DNA of 64,000 nucleotides from a bacterium (GCA_965216315.1 CBDCFN010000016.1:896001-960000); one strand, 5' to 3'. Shown: positions 1 to 9,812, counted from the first letter of the stretch. The notes: generated from the sequence alone by a model not told the origin. Translations and numbers: made by a program.

Positions 1-1951
1 CGATCCCGAAGGTCGAAACGATATTCGTCCCGGCTTGCTTGACGGCGGTGCCAAAAGAACTGCCGATTTCAATCAAGTCCGCTTTGAACGTCGGAGCCTC
101 GATTTCTTCCTCGGACTGTGGGGTGTAGATTTCGCCCATCGATCCGACGATGATCTCCTTGGCAATCACTCCGGTGATCAGTGCAGCGGAGGCTTCCCAC
201 GTACCGAAGCCCAAGGGCTCAAAAATCGGGGCAATCGCTTGGCCGGTTTTCCCTAAGTAAGAATCTTGCTTGTCGGCGACCCCCCAAGGCAAATTAAGTA
301 AAAACCAAACGAGGATAGAAACGGCAAAAATATAGGTTCCGGCCTTCTTTAGAAAGTGTTTTCCTTTTTCCCAGGTATGAATCATCAAATTCTTAAAAGT
401 AGGGAGGCGATAGGGTGGTAATTCCATGATGAACATCGGGGCTTCGCCTCGAAACAGCGTTTTTTTGAAAATGATGCCGACGAGAACGGCAAAGAGGATG
501 CCGGCGACATAGAGCGACCACAATACCAGCCCGGAGTGCTTGACGAAAAAAACGCTCGCAAACAAGACATAGACCGGCAAACGCGCGCCGCATGACATCA
601 AGGGGATAAGTAATGAAGTCAGGACCCGGTCGCGCGTACTTTCTAGGGTGCGCGTGGCATAAACGGCGGGGACGTTGCAGCCGAAGCCCATCAGCATGGG
701 GATAAATGACTTACCGTGGAGTCCAATCGTGTGCATGGCGCGGTCCATGACAAAAGCGGCACGCGCCATGTAGCCGCTCGCTTCCAGAAAGGTCAGGAAA
801 AACATCATTGCAAAGATCACCGGGACAAAGACCAGAACAAAGCCGACTCCGGCAATGACTCCATCAGTCGCTAATGAACTGACCCATGGAGGCGCATGGA
901 TCAAAGTGAAGAAGGCGGCAGTCCAACGCGAGATTGGACCGGCCATCATCATATCTACCCAGTCGACGAAAGGCGTCGAGACATCAAAGGTCAACTTAAA
1001 AACAAACCACATGGTGCCAAGAAAAATCGGGATACCGAGGAAACGATTTAAAACAATGCGGTCGATGCGTTCGGTCAGCTCTTTGCGTTTTACGCGCGGG
1101 CGCTGCAGAATTTCCTGCGTCAGACCGGCCGCTTGGCCGTAGCGGGCTTCGGCGAGTTGCCCTTCAATGTCGTCATCATGGGCTTTCCTGAGATGAGTCA
1201 ACGCGGGTTCAGTGAGCTCCTCGATATTTAGGAGGCGGGTCTCCTTAAGTACGTGACGATCTCCTTCGATGATTTTGAGCGTCAACCATCTTAGCGGATA
1301 CTTCTTGACCAGTTCCGGGTGTCTCTCTTGTAGTTGTAATTGCACTTGTTGGACGGCTGTTTCGATATCTTCGCCGTAATAGCAGGGCTTCGGCGGGGAG
1401 GGATGCTTACGCATGGCGACTTGAGCCGCGGCTTCAAATAATTCTTGGGTGCCGATTCCCTTCGTTGCGACTGTCTTGATGACGCGAATACCGAGGATCT
1501 CTTCCATTAATTGGGTATTGATTTTAAAGCCTTTCGCCTCGGCCTCGTCGTAAATGTTGAGCGCGAGCACGACCGGTATGCCCATTTCGATTAATTGAAT
1601 CGTCAGATAGAGGTTTCTTTCCAGATTGGTGGCATCAATCACATTAATGACGACGTCGGGATTTTTGTGGACGAGGTAATCGCGGGCGATGATTTCTTCT
1701 TGTGAGTAGGGACTGAGACTATAGGTTCCGGGAAGGTCGATGAGTTTCACGCGTTTGCCGCGGTGGTTTAGAATGGCTTCTTTTTTTTCGACCGTGACGC
1801 CGGACCAATTGCCGACTTGGAGACGAGTACCGGCGATGGCATTGATGAGCGTTGATTTCCCCGAGTTCGGATTGCCGGCAACGGCAATCGTCAGGTCTTT
1901 TTTAGGGACCGAAGCGGGGACTTCGGGGTGCTGCGAAGATACGGTTGACAT
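1..1951 (-). CDS. feoB: Ferrous iron transporter FeoB (3' end runs off the window)
   Basis: Manual translation from ATG 1951: GNPNSGKST (G1), VGNWSGVTVEKK, DLPGTYSL, DATNLERNLYL, MGFGCNVPA, MSCGARLPVY, ELPPYRLP. Spot-checked in frame. Absent from the ORF track, presumably because no stop lies in the window. Confidence 0.97.
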   Translation of the reverse strand, partial: MSTVSSQHPEVPASVPKKDLTIAVAGNPNSGKSTLINAIAGTRLQVGNWSGVTVEKKEAILNHRGKRVKLIDLPGTYSLSPYSQEEIIARDYLVHKNPDVVINVIDATNLERNLYLTIQLIEMGIPVVLALNIYDEAEAKGFKINTQLMEEILGIRVIKTVATKGIGTQELFEAAAQVAMRKHPSPPKPCYYGEDIETAVQQVQLQLQERHPELVKKYPLRWLTLKIIEGDRHVLKETRLLNIEELTEPALTHLRKAHDDDIEGQLAEARYGQAAGLTQEILQRPRVKRKELTERIDRIVLNRFLGIPIFLGTMWFVFKLTFDVSTPFVDWVDMMMAGPISRWTAAFFTLIHAPPWVSSLATDGVIAGVGFVLVFVPVIFAMMFFLTFLEASGYMARAAFVMDRAMHTIGLHGKSFIPMLMGFGCNVPAVYATRTLESTRDRVLTSLLIPLMSCGARLPVYVLFASVFFVKHSGLVLWSLYVAGILFAVLVGIIFKKTLFRGEAPMFIMELPPYRLPTFKNLMIHTWEKGKHFLKKAGTYIFAVSILVWFLLNLPWGVADKQDSYLGKTGQAIAPIFEPLGFGTWEASAALITGVIAKEIIVGSMGEIYTPQSEEEIEAPTFKADLIEIGSSFGTAVKQAGTNIVSTFGI

Positions 1952-1963
1952 GATTCGACTCTA

Positions 1964-2188
1964 CTAAGATTGCTCGAGCTCGATGGCCTCGGCTTCTTTT
2001 TTGCGCAGCGAGAGATGATAATTCTTGATAGTGACTTCCAGCGGATCACCCAAGGGGGCGATTTTTTTCATCGTAACCGTTTCACCGTTAAGCACGCCCA
2101 TATCCATGAGACGACGCTTGAGAGCACCGGAGACACCGACTCGTTTAATGACTCCACTTTCGCCAGGTCGCAGCATGGCGAGGTTCAT
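1964..2188 (-). CDS. feoA: FeoA family protein
   Basis: RRLMDMGVLNGETV..APLGDPLEV...LSLRKKEA signature; adjacent to feoB. Confidence 0.95.
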   Translation of the reverse strand: MNLAMLRPGESGVIKRVGVSGALKRRLMDMGVLNGETVTMKKIAPLGDPLEVTIKNYHLSLRKKEAEAIELEQS

Positions 2189-2430
2189 CGGCCATCCTTT
2201 TTAACAATAATTTTGTGGGCCATCCGACGCGCGATTGCAATACGTGAGTTGTCGACTTTGATGAGGAGGGGACCATGGCGGCCATTCGATAGCATTTCGA
2301 CCGATTGCCCTTCGCGGAGACCCATGGAAGCGACGCGTTGTTGTGCCTTCGGGTCAGGATCTTTGGGGGTGCCACGGACTTCGATGACGGTAGCCGTTTC
2401 TCCTGAGGATAATAGGCCTAATGCGACCAT
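2185..2430 (-). CDS. feoA: FeoA family protein (second copy)
   Basis: RVASMGLREGQSVEML...GPLLIKVDNSRIAIARRMA; SD GGAGG upstream; 4-nt overlap with the next feoA. Confidence 0.9.
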   Translation of the reverse strand: MVALGLLSSGETATVIEVRGTPKDPDPKAQQRVASMGLREGQSVEMLSNGRHGPLLIKVDNSRIAIARRMAHKIIVKKDGR

Positions 2431-2451
2431 AGGGGCCTCCTGAAGTCGTTA

Positions 2452-2470
2452 ATTGAAAATGACTTTCAAT
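2452..2470. promoter_or_regulatory. Fur-box-like operator of feoAAB
   Basis: ATTGAAAAT-G-ACTTTCAAT, a 9-1-9 inverted repeat with one mismatch, about 20 nt upstream of the feoA start. Confidence 0.8.
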
Positions 2471-2607
2471 ACCTATTAACCCCATTTTAGGTCGATCTGT
2501 CAATATGTTTTTCATCAGTAATGGGGCTCAGACGCCTTATTTCAGGGGGTTGCGGGGCTCGGCGGCCCCCTCCCGGAGGAGAGGGCTCGCTGAGGCGTCC
2601 GCAGAGC

Positions 2608-3459
2608 TTAGCTCGATTCGGAACTGTCGTCATCATCGAGATCCGTCGAGTCTTCGATGTTGTCGGCGATGATGTCGTCGATATTGCCGCACTCATTCTC
2701 AGTGGTGTCTTTGCTGATGACCAGAGTGCCGTCAATACTGAGGATATCACCTGAGTCCACGCAACTCTGGATATCAACGCCTTGCAGCCACTGTCCGATG
2801 TCTAAGGTCAGCAAGAGTTCATTGACATCCAATGCTTCAGAGATCGTTGCTCCCGTCGCACTTTCAAAGCGAATCTCTTTGTCGTCGTCGAGGAGCATAA
2901 TGAAGTCGGTGTCGCCGGCATCCAGCATCAGGGCCCCGGCAAAGAATACGGAGTGTTCTTTGAGCTCGTCGGGAACGCCGCTCGGCAACACGATGCCCTC
3001 ATCGGGATCATCTAATTTCAAATCGACCCTCTTTACGAGTCCGGAGGGTAAGATCACACTGCTTAAGTCAGGAGTCGCCTCACCGCTGAGTAAGTTATAG
3101 TAAAAGGGCCCATTAAATTGGATTTCATCTCCTTCATCGACTTCTATCTCGACTTCACATTCGGCTCCTGGGGGCAATGTAATGTCGAGAGAGTCACAAC
3201 TGACTCCATCCGGTAAGTGGACTTCTACTTTTTCAATAGCGATCCAGGCTTGATCTAAATCGAAGCCGGTTCCGCCGCTGTCGGCTACCACTAAGGCGGC
3301 CGGAGTATTATTAATTGCGAGCAAGCGAATATTGGTACTGCTGGCGTCGCCATCCAGGTTTTCGGGTGCATTGATGTTATTGCTTGTCCCGGAACCGCAG
3401 CCGGCAAGCCATAGCATGCAAATGACCGAGAACCCCATGAATTGTTTGAATTTCAACAT
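2608..3459 (-). CDS. Acidic lipoprotein of unknown function (DUF4382-like), paralog of 3525..4340
   Basis: Lipobox LAGC; SD AAGGAGG; shares FxGPF, D..QW...VD and I..N(I/L)E.S.DL blocks with the upstream lipoprotein. Confidence 0.75.
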   Translation of the reverse strand: MLKFKQFMGFSVICMLWLAGCGSGTSNNINAPENLDGDASSTNIRLLAINNTPAALVVADSGGTGFDLDQAWIAIEKVEVHLPDGVSCDSLDITLPPGAECEVEIEVDEGDEIQFNGPFYYNLLSGEATPDLSSVILPSGLVKRVDLKLDDPDEGIVLPSGVPDELKEHSVFFAGALMLDAGDTDFIMLLDDDKEIRFESATGATISEALDVNELLLTLDIGQWLQGVDIQSCVDSGDILSIDGTLVISKDTTENECGNIDDIIADNIEDSTDLDDDDSSESS

Positions 3460-3482
3460 GGCTCTCCTCCTTGAGATTGTGA

Positions 3483-3516
3483 GCTGAATGGCTTAGCCGG
3501 CGTTAAGCCATTCAGC
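3483..3516. other. Intergenic stem-loop with a 13-bp perfect stem
   Basis: GCTGAATGGCTTA...TAAGCCATTCAGC between the two lipoprotein genes; no U-tract. Confidence 0.7.
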
Positions 3517-3524
3517 GTATGTTA

Positions 3525-4340
3525 CTATGGAACAAGTTGCCCCTGCGCTAAGGAGTTTTCTTGCTCCGCTTCGTCTAATTCATCATCATTGTCACTGTCT
3601 TCAAACAAGTCCGAAGATAGTTCCAAATTCTTAATGATCTGCTCCAATAATATTTGATTGTGGCCTTCTTCGAGCAGAATGATGGGCTGGCCATCGGGCC
3701 CCAGGCTGATTTCAACATCAGGGGCATCGAGGTCGACATTGTTAAACCATTGATCCAGATCGAAGGCGATAAAGACTTGTTCAGTCCCGTTTTGAGAACT
3801 TAATTCAAAACCGGTGTTTTCATTTTCAAGTTCAAATTCTTCGTCCTTATTAAGCGTTACCTGAAAGGGGGTGCCGTCGCCGCGTTCACCGCTAATGACA
3901 ACGCTCTTGCCGGCGAGCGGGCTCGAAACGCTTTCTTCCAGCTTGGCGAGACGGAGTTCAATGCGGCAGTAGACGTCCTCCGGAATGCCTACCCCGACTA
4001 AGTTGGATTCATTGGTCGGATCGAGTAGGTCGACGATAAAAGGTCCGTCGAAGCGAATCTCTCCATTATCATCGAGAGTCTCGTCTTCACAGACTTCGAT
4101 GGGCCGGAAACGAATCCGCTCCAGCACGATGTCGGCCTGGGTCACATTTAAAGTTCCAACGATCAAGTGGGGCAATAGGACATTTTGGAGCGTGGAATTT
4201 TGATAGGCGATCACGCGCAGGTTAATCTTACTGGGATTGCCTGTCTCCGTACCTCCTTCCAGGGAAGATGTTTGGTTGCCGCAGGCCAGGCAGCCGATTA
4301 AGCCCAGCGTCCAAAATAGTTTGCTGAATAAATTTTTCAT
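3525..4340 (-). CDS. Acidic lipoprotein of unknown function
   Basis: Lipobox CLAC; GGTETGNP motif of the kind often seen downstream of TIGR02147 genes; 4-nt overlap with that gene. Confidence 0.75.
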   Translation of the reverse strand: MKNLFSKLFWTLGLIGCLACGNQTSSLEGGTETGNPSKINLRVIAYQNSTLQNVLLPHLIVGTLNVTQADIVLERIRFRPIEVCEDETLDDNGEIRFDGPFIVDLLDPTNESNLVGVGIPEDVYCRIELRLAKLEESVSSPLAGKSVVISGERGDGTPFQVTLNKDEEFELENENTGFELSSQNGTEQVFIAFDLDQWFNNVDLDAPDVEISLGPDGQPIILLEEGHNQILLEQIIKNLELSSDLFEDSDNDDELDEAEQENSLAQGQLVP

Positions 4341-5191
4341 CGCTTCGCTTTCCCCGGTTCCAGTGTAAGTGGAAACATTTGAATATTTATTTGAACGACG
4401 TCTTCCGTCGCCTCATTTGTGGCAATCATTTTTAAGATTTCTTGTCGGAATTCTTGGATTTTGTCCTTCAATTCCGGGAGCCTTTTCTTGCTGACGCCTA
4501 AGGTGAGGGCGCTGATATCTCTTTTTTCGGCCGGCAATCTATCTAGTACGAATTTGCTCAGGTCGAGCAGATTGAGATGATAGTTAAATACACTGAGCGA
4601 TTTGACTTCGGGCCCTGTGGAGGCGAGCGAACTCACTTGACGCCACTGTCCATCGGGTGCCTTCTCGATAAGAGAAAGCTTTTCCAGGAGTGCGATGGAT
4701 TTATCGACTTGCTCTGGTGAAACGGCCGGATAGAGTCTTTCACTGATCCATTCCGCTGTTCCGTCAAAGTCCTTTGCGACGACCAACTCGCGGATGACGG
4801 TATGATACCAGGTGTTATAATAATCATACTGCGCCTGGTCGATAGGTTTTAATTCCTTCAGTTTGCGGGTTTTGAGGAGGGCGCGAAAGTGTTCATCCTT
4901 CTCCTGATGGCTTTCCGCTTGATTGAATAAGACGAGGTGGTGAAAAAATTCGCGTTCTTGCTTATTCAATTTAAGTCCAGAGGCAAACTTTTCGATACTT
5001 TCAATCGTGAGATTGCGGTCGCCATCCATGACCAGCTTAAAAATATTGGAGGAGGTAAAACCGGCGCGTTTGGAAAAGGTCCGAAACGAAAATGCGGCGC
5101 GCGTTCCTTTGGCTTGTTGATACCAATCCCGCAGGAATTTACGGTAATCCCGGTAGCTGAAGAGGTCGATTGCTTTGGGTGGCTTGGCCAT
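4337..5191 (-). CDS. TIGR02147 family protein (N-terminal HTH-like domain plus DUF4423)
   Basis: DYRKFLRDWY..FSFRTFSKRAGFTS..LVMDGDRNLT, WYHTVIREL, RDISALTLGVS, VQINIQMFPLT. Confidence 0.88.
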   Translation of the reverse strand: MAKPPKAIDLFSYRDYRKFLRDWYQQAKGTRAAFSFRTFSKRAGFTSSNIFKLVMDGDRNLTIESIEKFASGLKLNKQEREFFHHLVLFNQAESHQEKDEHFRALLKTRKLKELKPIDQAQYDYYNTWYHTVIRELVVAKDFDGTAEWISERLYPAVSPEQVDKSIALLEKLSLIEKAPDGQWRQVSSLASTGPEVKSLSVFNYHLNLLDLSKFVLDRLPAEKRDISALTLGVSKKRLPELKDKIQEFRQEILKMIATNEATEDVVQINIQMFPLTLEPGKAKR

Positions 5192-5430
5192 GAATCAAAG
5201 CTACGCCGTCTCACGGAGTTCAGCAAGCTATTTGTATATTTTCAGCATACTTGAGTATGCATTTATTATTATAATTTATTGTAATAATTGAATAATTTAT
5301 ATGGTTTTAGTTAAATAGGATAGATTAAAGTATGCAACCCGCCTCTGAGCTGGGCCCTGTAATCATTGGGGAATTACGCAGCTCCGCCTAGGGTTTTCCA
5401 ATTTTCGCAAATTCCGCGCCCGAATTCCCA

Positions 5431-5457
5431 ACAACAAAAGCCCTTATTTTCCGATAA
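5431..5457 (+). promoter_or_regulatory. sigma28/FliA-like promoter
   Basis: ACAACAAA-N11-TCCGATAA, the same spacing as TAAAGTTT-N11-GCCGATAA. Confidence 0.55.
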
Positions 5458-5504
5458 ATTAGGGGAGTATTCGGTAATTATTAAGTTTTACCAAGGGAAG
5501 AACC

Positions 5505-6263
5505 ATGACTCTGCTAAGCCAAGTGAATGCCGCGACCTATCAGCAAGCCGTTGCCAGCTCGTTTTTTCAGAGCTTGGGCGTGCCGACGGATACCTATGCG
5601 GTACAGCTGGCCCCCCATATCTATTTAGAAGGTCACTCCAGCATCCGGCCGCCCCATTTTGGGAACTTTCAGCTGTTTCAAAGTACGCAGCCCCGACCGG
5701 TGTATGTGGCGGCATTGTTCGCCCAGACTGAACGATTCGCGGCCGAGGCGGCTCGTCCCGACCGGGTGAGTGAGAATGCCGGACACTATATGTTTGTCGG
5801 GACTCCAACGGCGGCGGATCGTATTAGCTTTGTCCCCGCACGCATCGAGACAACTTCGAGAAGTGACGTGACAAGTGGGCGTATCATGTCATCCTTATCG
5901 CTGCATGATTTTGGCATTGATGCCCTTATCCGACTCGGCCGAGATGATATGCTGGAATTCAAACGGGATCATCCCACGAGTCCGTATAGCTTGGCCTATT
6001 GGCTGGGTGGTTCGACTCTGGCCAGCAGATTTGAAGAGGTATCTGATCCAGATGAACTCTATGACATTATTGCCATCAGTGGCTTTCATTTTTTCAGCGA
6101 TGCCCCGTTTTTAAATTACTACCATACCCGCAAAAGGGCTGGCTTGAGCTCAACTCCTCCCCCCGACGAAGAGATCACGCAGCGCATCGATATACGCGCC
6201 GAACGTGTAGTACCACCACCACCGCCATTGCCGTCTATTGAGCCGGTCCGGCAAATTGCGTAA
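5505..6263 (+). CDS. Hypothetical protein with Pro-rich C-terminus
   Basis: 252-aa ORF with purine-rich RBS; no recognisable domain; ends ...PPPPPLPSIEPVRQIA. Confidence 0.65.
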   Translation: MTLLSQVNAATYQQAVASSFFQSLGVPTDTYAVQLAPHIYLEGHSSIRPPHFGNFQLFQSTQPRPVYVAALFAQTERFAAEAARPDRVSENAGHYMFVGTPTAADRISFVPARIETTSRSDVTSGRIMSSLSLHDFGIDALIRLGRDDMLEFKRDHPTSPYSLAYWLGGSTLASRFEEVSDPDELYDIIAISGFHFFSDAPFLNYYHTRKRAGLSSTPPPDEEITQRIDIRAERVVPPPPPLPSIEPVRQIA

Positions 6264-6393
6264 TTTCGCCTCAAATCAGCGGATTCATTTTTGCTTTTCA
6301 TAAGCTCTCTGCTCGCGTAAAAGAATAGTCAATGAAAATTCAAAGGAATAAGAGTGACGGTAGTATAACCAGCCTAATTACGGTAGGAATGCG

Positions 6394-7215
6394 ATGACGA
6401 CACCGAATATGAGTTTTGACGGCGAGGCGATCGCTAAGGGTTACGACGACTATCTGGTGCCGGTCATGTTCGATCCGTGGGCAGAGCGATTGATTGAGCG
6501 TGTTCCCCCTCACGCTGGGGCGACGGTACTGGATTTGGCCACCGGAACGGGGATTGTTGCAAAAAAATTGGCCGAGCGACTCGGGGTGGATGGGAAAATC
6601 TACGGAGTTGATCTGAACACAGCGATGATGCGGTTGGCGAAAGAACGCTGCGCTGATATTTCCTGCGCCATCGAATTCGTCGAAAGCTCAGCTGAAGCCA
6701 TTGACCTGCCCGATGCTTCCGTTGATTATGTCTATTGTCAGCAAGGGTTTCAGTTTTTTCCGGACAAGCAGGCGGCTGCGCGAGAAATCTATCGCTTATT
6801 GCGGCCGGGAGGTCGGGCGATTCTCACGACCTGGTTGCCGCTTTCAGAGTGCCCCTTTTTTGGGGCGATTTGTACTGCCTTAAACGAATGTGATGAGCCG
6901 GATATTGCGGCTATCATGGCGAGGCCTTTTGATCATATGCCGGCTGATGAACTGCGGCAGCCTTTTGACGCACAACCATTTGCCAAGGTGCAATTGGAGC
7001 AAGATGTGCGTGAGATGTGCATTACAGGGGGGATCGAAAGGGCCTATCAAACCGTCTTTGGGACGCCCATCGCACCCCTGTTGGAGGCGTTGCCGAATGT
7101 GAAACAAGAGGCCTTTCGGAACGCCATGCTCGGTCAGCTGGAGAAATTGCGTGGTGAGGATGGGATCACTTACGGTCACTTGGTAACCCACGTGCTCATT
7201 GCTGAAAAGGGCTAG
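6394..7215 (+). CDS. Class I SAM-dependent methyltransferase (UbiE/COQ5-like)
   Basis: VLDLATGTG, GVDLN, YVYCQQGFQFFPD, LLRPGGR. Confidence 0.9.
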   Translation: MTTPNMSFDGEAIAKGYDDYLVPVMFDPWAERLIERVPPHAGATVLDLATGTGIVAKKLAERLGVDGKIYGVDLNTAMMRLAKERCADISCAIEFVESSAEAIDLPDASVDYVYCQQGFQFFPDKQAAAREIYRLLRPGGRAILTTWLPLSECPFFGAICTALNECDEPDIAAIMARPFDHMPADELRQPFDAQPFAKVQLEQDVREMCITGGIERAYQTVFGTPIAPLLEALPNVKQEAFRNAMLGQLEKLRGEDGITYGHLVTHVLIAEKG

Positions 7216-7296
7216 TCGGTGTCTGTTGCCGAGGTAGAGAAAATCTACCTGGAAGCCAGTTGATCTGCTACAATCGGAGGCCGGAGGTACCCGGTC

Positions 7297-7800
7297 ATGA
7301 AGCACGGCATTCATCTCGTCCTCGCGGCATTCATCTTGACGGTCATCCCTGGTAGGCTGTGCCAAGCTGATCTAACGCTATTTAAGAAAGAGGCGGTCAT
7401 AGCAGCCATCAAAACGACTCAGCCTAATCAACGTTATTGTAGCAGTCCCGCCGAGTTTGTTCCCGAGACTGAATGCAAGTATAAGTTTACAGGTAAAATT
7501 GTCGGGCTTGAGATCTCGATGGAGGGGGTTCAAAAAAATATCGATTGCGTGGCCTACATTAGGACGCCGGACAATAAGTTAGTGAAGGGAACCGTGAGCA
7601 ATTTTGTATCGGGATCGCCTCCGGGTGAAGAACGCTGTGCATTGTTGAGGACCGGATTTAGTAGAGAAGACTCTGCCGAAATTACAATCTATTACTATAG
7701 TGTCGAGCTCGGTAGCACTGAGCCTTATCAGGAAATAATCGACGTGGGGCTCTTTAAGGGCGGTAAAAGTGCAGTAAAGTCTTTGCCGATGGCCTGGTAA
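7297..7800 (+). CDS. Hypothetical secreted protein
   Basis: SD GGAGG; Sec-type signal ending LCQA; four Cys in the mature part. Confidence 0.65.
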   Translation: MKHGIHLVLAAFILTVIPGRLCQADLTLFKKEAVIAAIKTTQPNQRYCSSPAEFVPETECKYKFTGKIVGLEISMEGVQKNIDCVAYIRTPDNKLVKGTVSNFVSGSPPGEERCALLRTGFSREDSAEITIYYYSVELGSTEPYQEIIDVGLFKGGKSAVKSLPMAW

Positions 7801-7828
7801 GAGTGCCGCATTTCTACCTGTGTCCTGT

Positions 7829-8284
7829 CTATGCTTGATACAACTCCATCGCCTTTTCACGTTCCATTACACTCGCCTCGATCTTGATGTGCCCCCAACC
7901 GCCGCTGCAAACACCGACATCAAAGCAACCGGCATGTCTAAAGGCGAGTTTATTAGGATTAATGCCCGCATACCATAGCTCCTGAATACCGAAGATGGCC
8001 TGGGTCATCACCGGCAAAATATAGGCACAGACTTTGGAGGGTGCCATCTTGCTGATCAGGTTTCCGTCTCCGGAAAAAAAGAAGCGAGTTCCTACCGTAT
8101 GCTGACTGTTGCATGCATTTGATTCAATGACTTCGAATATGATGGTCTTATTTTTCATGTCCGGAGCCACAGCCATCACCTTGGCGTTGCGCGGGTTGTT
8201 CTTAAATTGCTCGATTTCGACGTCTGAATAATTAAGGTGCTGTTTCATTAGTTCCCAGAGCTGGTCTGGAATTTGATCGGCCAT
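7829..8284 (-). CDS. Conserved Cys-containing hypothetical protein (TIGR04076-like)
   Basis: Start at ATG 8284 after GAGGAGG; EVIESNACNSQH..G, KVCAY and GCFDVG..GGWGHI motifs. Confidence 0.65.
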   Translation of the reverse strand: MADQIPDQLWELMKQHLNYSDVEIEQFKNNPRNAKVMAVAPDMKNKTIIFEVIESNACNSQHTVGTRFFFSGDGNLISKMAPSKVCAYILPVMTQAIFGIQELWYAGINPNKLAFRHAGCFDVGVCSGGWGHIKIEASVMEREKAMELYQA

Positions 8285-8338
8285 AGAAACCTCCTCTTGA
8301 CTTTTTATTTGGATCAATATATTTCGTATGCAAACTAA

Positions 8339-8800
8339 ATGTCCAGTGAAATCTCTACAATTAAACCCGTCGAGTGTCCTTATTATCTGGTTTCGCGTGT
8401 GAATCTCGTAGTGGCGGCCGCACTCAAGCGAGAACTAGCCGAAGCAGGGGTGGAACAAGTCAAACCCGCGTATCTGGGGGTGCTGATGTGTCTTTGGCGT
8501 GAGGATGGGCTGAAGGGTATTGAATTGGGAAGTAGGGCCGGCCTTGAACCGTCGACGATGACGGGTTTGATTGATCGCATGGAGCGCGATGGTCTCGTGG
8601 TACGGAAGTCGAGCCCGAGTGACCGGCGGGTCCAGCTCATCTATTTAACCGCCCAGGGAAAGCGCGTGCGCAAACCCGTCGAGGTCCTGCTCGATCGGGC
8701 ACTCCCTAAAGTTTTTAAGGGCATCACTAAGCGTGACCTTGCGTTTACGAAGGATGTGCTGCGCCAAATCCTGGAAAATGCAGATAGTCACAAATCGTAA
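8339..8800 (+). CDS. MarR family transcriptional regulator
   Basis: LEPSTMTGLIDRMERDGLVVRKSSPSDRRVQLIYLTAQG. Confidence 0.93.
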   Translation: MSSEISTIKPVECPYYLVSRVNLVVAAALKRELAEAGVEQVKPAYLGVLMCLWREDGLKGIELGSRAGLEPSTMTGLIDRMERDGLVVRKSSPSDRRVQLIYLTAQGKRVRKPVEVLLDRALPKVFKGITKRDLAFTKDVLRQILENADSHKS

Positions 8801-8825
8801 CTTTAACTGCTTAAGGGGGTCTATC

Positions 8826-9608
8826 ATGGACGATGTTATAAAAACCGAATGCCGTAAACAGGTAATGGAAATTGTTCTCAATAGACCTGAATCGTTGAAT
8901 GCGATGAGTATTCCGCTCATCGAAGGTTTGTTAAGCGCCGTTGAACGGGCCGAGAATCCAGATGTACGGGCGGTGTTGATTCGCGGTGAGGGGAGGGGGT
9001 TTTGTTCAGGGGGAGATATTGCGTTTTTTAAAGAAGTAATTGAGGAGGGCAAGGGTGTTCCGCGCAATATGCCCGATGATTTGCACCAAATGATCGAGAA
9101 TTTGCGGGCTCTTTCCAAGCCGGTGATTGCCGCCGTCCATGGTCCCGCGGCCGGTGCGGGAATGAGTTTGATGCTGGCCTGTGATCTCGCCTTGGCTTCG
9201 GATAATGCTGTGTTCAATCTGGCCTACGTCGGGATTGGGTTGTCGCCGGATGGGGGCTCTTCCTATTTTCTCCCGCGACACTTAGGAGTTAAGCGGGCGA
9301 TGGAGACCTTTCTGATGCCGCGTAGCGTCTCCGCTCAAGAGGCATGTGAGTTGGGGCTGATCAATCGCGTTGTGCCGGCAGACAAACTGTTGAATGAAAG
9401 TCGCGCCTTGGCGCAGCAACTAGCACAAGGCCCGACCACGGCTTTTGGAAATGTAAAAAAGTTAGTGCAGCAATCCTTCGCCAACTCTATCCACGACCAA
9501 TTAGCTCTCGAAACCGATTTCATCTGCTCGACCAGCCAGACCGAGGACTTTCAAGCAGGAGTGTCGGCCTTTCTAGCTAAAGAAAAGCCCCGCTTTGTGG
9601 GCAAGTAA
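8826..9608 (+). CDS. Enoyl-CoA hydratase/isomerase family protein
   Basis: LNRPESLNAM, FCSGGD, KPVIAAVHGPAAGAG, GLSPDGG, FLAKEKPRFVGK; start moved to ATG 8826. Confidence 0.93.
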   Translation: MDDVIKTECRKQVMEIVLNRPESLNAMSIPLIEGLLSAVERAENPDVRAVLIRGEGRGFCSGGDIAFFKEVIEEGKGVPRNMPDDLHQMIENLRALSKPVIAAVHGPAAGAGMSLMLACDLALASDNAVFNLAYVGIGLSPDGGSSYFLPRHLGVKRAMETFLMPRSVSAQEACELGLINRVVPADKLLNESRALAQQLAQGPTTAFGNVKKLVQQSFANSIHDQLALETDFICSTSQTEDFQAGVSAFLAKEKPRFVGK

Positions 9609-9812
9609 TGTTCGTGTTTCCATTCGATTGGTTAGCGGATAATGCGCGACATAGTTTTCTAGAACATTACCAGGAAACGAGCGACGTCAGTGAGTCTTTT
9701 ATGCGCCTAGAGGCGGTGGAAACGTGGGAAGATCTCTTAGTATGGGGTGGTTAGGAAAAACGCAATCCGTCGGTCTGGTGTTTCTCGGTTAGATATGAGA
9801 CAGTGACCGCCC

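Noticed and set aside
35..1967. Short ORF-track entries in the first 2 kb
   Set aside because: They are shadow ORFs of feoB, which runs off the left edge.
2521..2607. GC-rich tract downstream of the second lipoprotein as an sRNA or small ORF
   Set aside because: It could form hairpins or a terminator, but there is no recognisable RNA family or credible protein.
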